The notes under the pieces are model-generated. The model ran no database searches and was not told the DNA's origin. It saw only the letters and a program-made list of their open reading frames with translations. From Bacilli bacterium (GTDB lineage Bacteria > Bacillota_I > Bacilli_A > RF39 > UBA660), in contig JAFZWF010000010.1 in NCBI GenBank assembly GCA_017617435.1, forward strand, positions 11,952-75,951: DNA of 64,000 nt, written 5' to 3'. Below are positions 62,351 to 64,000 of this stretch, piece by piece. A program made the translations under genes and the position numbers. How positions within the stretch are numbered: position 1 is the first letter of the stretch; every line of letters begins with the position of its first letter.

Positions 62351-62920
62351 ATGTATCATAAAGTAAAGGTTGCAGTATCTAATAGACATGTACACTTAAC
62401 AAAAGAAACATATGATTTATTATTTGATGAACCAATAACAAAGAAAAATGATTTAAATCAAAAAGGACAGTTTGCTGCAAATGAAACTTTAACTATATCA
62501 AATGGTGAAAATAAGTTTGAAAATGTCAGAATAGTTGCTCCTTTTAGATCTTATAATCAAGTCGAAATATCTAAAAATGATGCAAGAAAGTTAGGACTTA
62601 ATCCACCTGTTAGAACATCTGGAGATTTAGATAATTCTGAAACAATTACTTTAAGCACTCCTAAAGCAACAATTACCTTAGATAATGCATGTATTATTGC
62701 TGATAGACATGTTCATTTTAATACAAGTGATAAAGAAAAATATGGTATTGAAAATGGTGATAAATTAAAGGTTCATATATTAGGTGAGAAAAGAGGAACT
62801 ATTGAAGTTTTTGCTAAAGTCTCTGATGATGGATATTATGAACTTCATATAGATACTGATGATGCTAATGCCTTTTTACTTAATACTGGTGATGAACTAG
62901 TTTTAGAAGTTTATAAATAA
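62351..62920 (+). CDS. pduL: Phosphate propanoyl/acetyl-transferase PduL
   Basis: Two PduL repeats with the signature histidines: VAVSNRHVHLTKETYDLLF and IIADRHVHFNTSDKEKYG. 189 aa, no N-terminal extension. Confidence 0.88.
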   Translation: MYHKVKVAVSNRHVHLTKETYDLLFDEPITKKNDLNQKGQFAANETLTISNGENKFENVRIVAPFRSYNQVEISKNDARKLGLNPPVRTSGDLDNSETITLSTPKATITLDNACIIADRHVHFNTSDKEKYGIENGDKLKVHILGEKRGTIEVFAKVSDDGYYELHIDTDDANAFLLNTGDELVLEVYK

Positions 62921-62946
62921 AAATGCACTAAAGTTGCATTTTTTTG
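62921..62946 (+). terminator. Rho-independent terminator after pduL
   Basis: AATGCA(CT)-loop-(AG)TTGCATT followed by T7. Confidence 0.6.
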
Positions 62947-62952
62947 TTAATA

Positions 62953-62961
62953 TGTTATAAT
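62953..62961 (+). promoter_or_regulatory. Extended -10 element TGTTATAAT
   Basis: TGnTATAAT with 29 nt between its 3' end and the ATG at 62991. Confidence 0.45.
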
Positions 62962-62990
62962 AAACATCACCAAAAAAAGGGGGATATTTT

Positions 62991-63239
62991 ATGCCAAAAG
63001 ATGTTGATGAAAGTACAAATTTAAATGAAATACTAAATAATAAAGATCTTACTTTATATGGGATTATAAAAAGAGTTAAAATATTTTTATATTTTCATCC
63101 TTATGATAAAGTAGCGAAGGAAAAACTTGCAGAACTTTTATCTTTAACAAGTTATGGACAGGAACAATCTGCAAAATTATATAAAGAATTAAATGAGGAA
63201 CAAGAAAGTAGCAATCAATATGCTAATACAGTAAGGTAA
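62991..63239 (+). CDS. Hypothetical small protein
   Basis: 82-aa ORF with AGGGGGA RBS. No family recognised. Confidence 0.5.
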   Translation: MPKDVDESTNLNEILNNKDLTLYGIIKRVKIFLYFHPYDKVAKEKLAELLSLTSYGQEQSAKLYKELNEEQESSNQYANTVR

Positions 63240-63267
63240 TATATAAGAATAAATAGGAGGGGTATAT

Positions 63268-64000
63268 ATGAAAGAAAATAATGGTTTTTATATAGGAAAT
63301 GTATATATAAAAAACCCCATTATATTTGCTCCTATGGCTGGAGTATCTGATACTTCATATAGAAAAATAATTAAAGAAATGAATCCGGGACTTATATATT
63401 GTGAAATGGTTTCTGATAAAGCTATTTGTTATGACAATAAAAAAACTATGGATATGCTTATCATGGATGAAAAAGAAAGACCTATATCTCAGCAAATATT
63501 TGGAAGTGATATTGACTCATTTGTTAAAGCAGCTAAGATAGTTGAAGAAACTATGAAACCAGATATTATTGATATTAATATGGGTTGTCCAGTTCCAAAA
63601 GTAGCTCTTAAGAATCAAGCTGGTAGTGCTCTTTTAAAAAACCCAGAGAAAATAAAAGATATAGTATCGGCTGTTGTAAGGACTGTTAATATTCCAGTTA
63701 CTGTAAAAATAAGAAGCGGCTGGGATGAAAATAGTATAAATGCAGTTGAAGTAGCCAAGATATGTGAAGAAGTTGGTGCATCTGCAATAGCTCTTCATGC
63801 TAGAACTAGAAGTCAAGGTTATAGTGGTAAAGCTAACTGGGATATTATAAAAGAAGTTGTAAATGCAGTAAAAATTCCAGTTATAGGTAATGGTGATGTT
63901 ACTTCACCAGAACTTGCAAAACAAATGCTTGATGAAACCGGATGTGCTGGAGTAATGATAGGTAGGGGAGCAATAGGTAACCCGTGGCTTATTAAAAATG
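63268..64000 (+). CDS. dusB: tRNA-dihydrouridine synthase (DusB-type), 5' part; the gene continues past the window end
   Basis: Not in the ORF track because it is open-ended. ATG 63268 follows AGGAGGGG, and the frame stays open to 64000. My translation starts MKENNGFYIGNVYIKNPIIFAPMAGVSDTSYRKIIKEMNPGLIYCEMVSDKAI... and contains DINMGCPVPKV and IPVIGNGDV, which are Dus family motifs. Confidence 0.88.
   Translation, partial: MKENNGFYIGNVYIKNPIIFAPMAGVSDTSYRKIIKEMNPGLIYCEMVSDKAICYDNKKTMDMLIMDEKERPISQQIFGSDIDSFVKAAKIVEETMKPDIIDINMGCPVPKVALKNQAGSALLKNPEKIKDIVSAVVRTVNIPVTVKIRSGWDENSINAVEVAKICEEVGASAIALHARTRSQGYSGKANWDIIKEVVNAVKIPVIGNGDVTSPELAKQMLDETGCAGVMIGRGAIGNPWLIKN

Overview
This is a 64-kb window from a very AT-rich (by eye about 25-30% G+C) Bacillota-type chromosome. 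It uses the standard genetic code: TGA terminates ORFs, Trp is TGG, and conserved ORFs of 1119 and 777 aa are unbroken. The window is densely coding. I call about 60 CDS, including two edge-truncated genes that are absent from the ORF track. I also call four singleton tRNA genes (Thr-GGT, Arg-TCG, Thr-CGT, Cys-GCA), one gene split by a frameshift in an A9 run, and many hairpin/T-run terminators and TGnTATAAT extended -10 promoters. Most of the content is housekeeping. Cell-envelope genes: an LCP ligase, TagO/WecA, an SH3b-glucosaminidase with a dockerin, a cadherin-like surface protein, two FemAB paralogs, a MurJ-like flippase, an LtaS-family transferase and a LysM protein. Metabolism: pyruvate:ferredoxin oxidoreductase, PduL, a Zn-ADH, AsnB and DUF1846. 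Information processing: rlmB-sigH-secE-nusG, pcrA-ligA, def, yebC and dusB. Transport: a MacB/FtsX-type ABC system, a NitT/TauT-type ABC system and a ZIP transporter. I found no CRISPR array, transposase, integrase, phage module, rRNA or recognisable defence system. I cannot point to a clear-cut novel system. The candidates most worth a second look are listed here, and all of them are hypotheses. (1) Two divergently transcribed, terminator-bounded ~95-nt candidate sRNAs with C-rich unpaired motifs lie in the only long non-coding gap (10500-10886). (2) A three-gene operon of acidic proteins with mTERF-like helical repeats sits directly upstream of pcrA. (3) A dockerin-tagged autolysin lies next to a membrane-anchored beta-sandwich protein, which may be a cohesin-dockerin pair. 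(4) A tRNA-Arg / amidotransferase mRNA / tRNA-Thr unit is closed by a single terminator. (5) A block of orphan genes follows tRNA-Cys: a CYTH protein, a small acidic protein and three orphans. (6) A membrane GGDEF protein has a degenerate NGNEF site.
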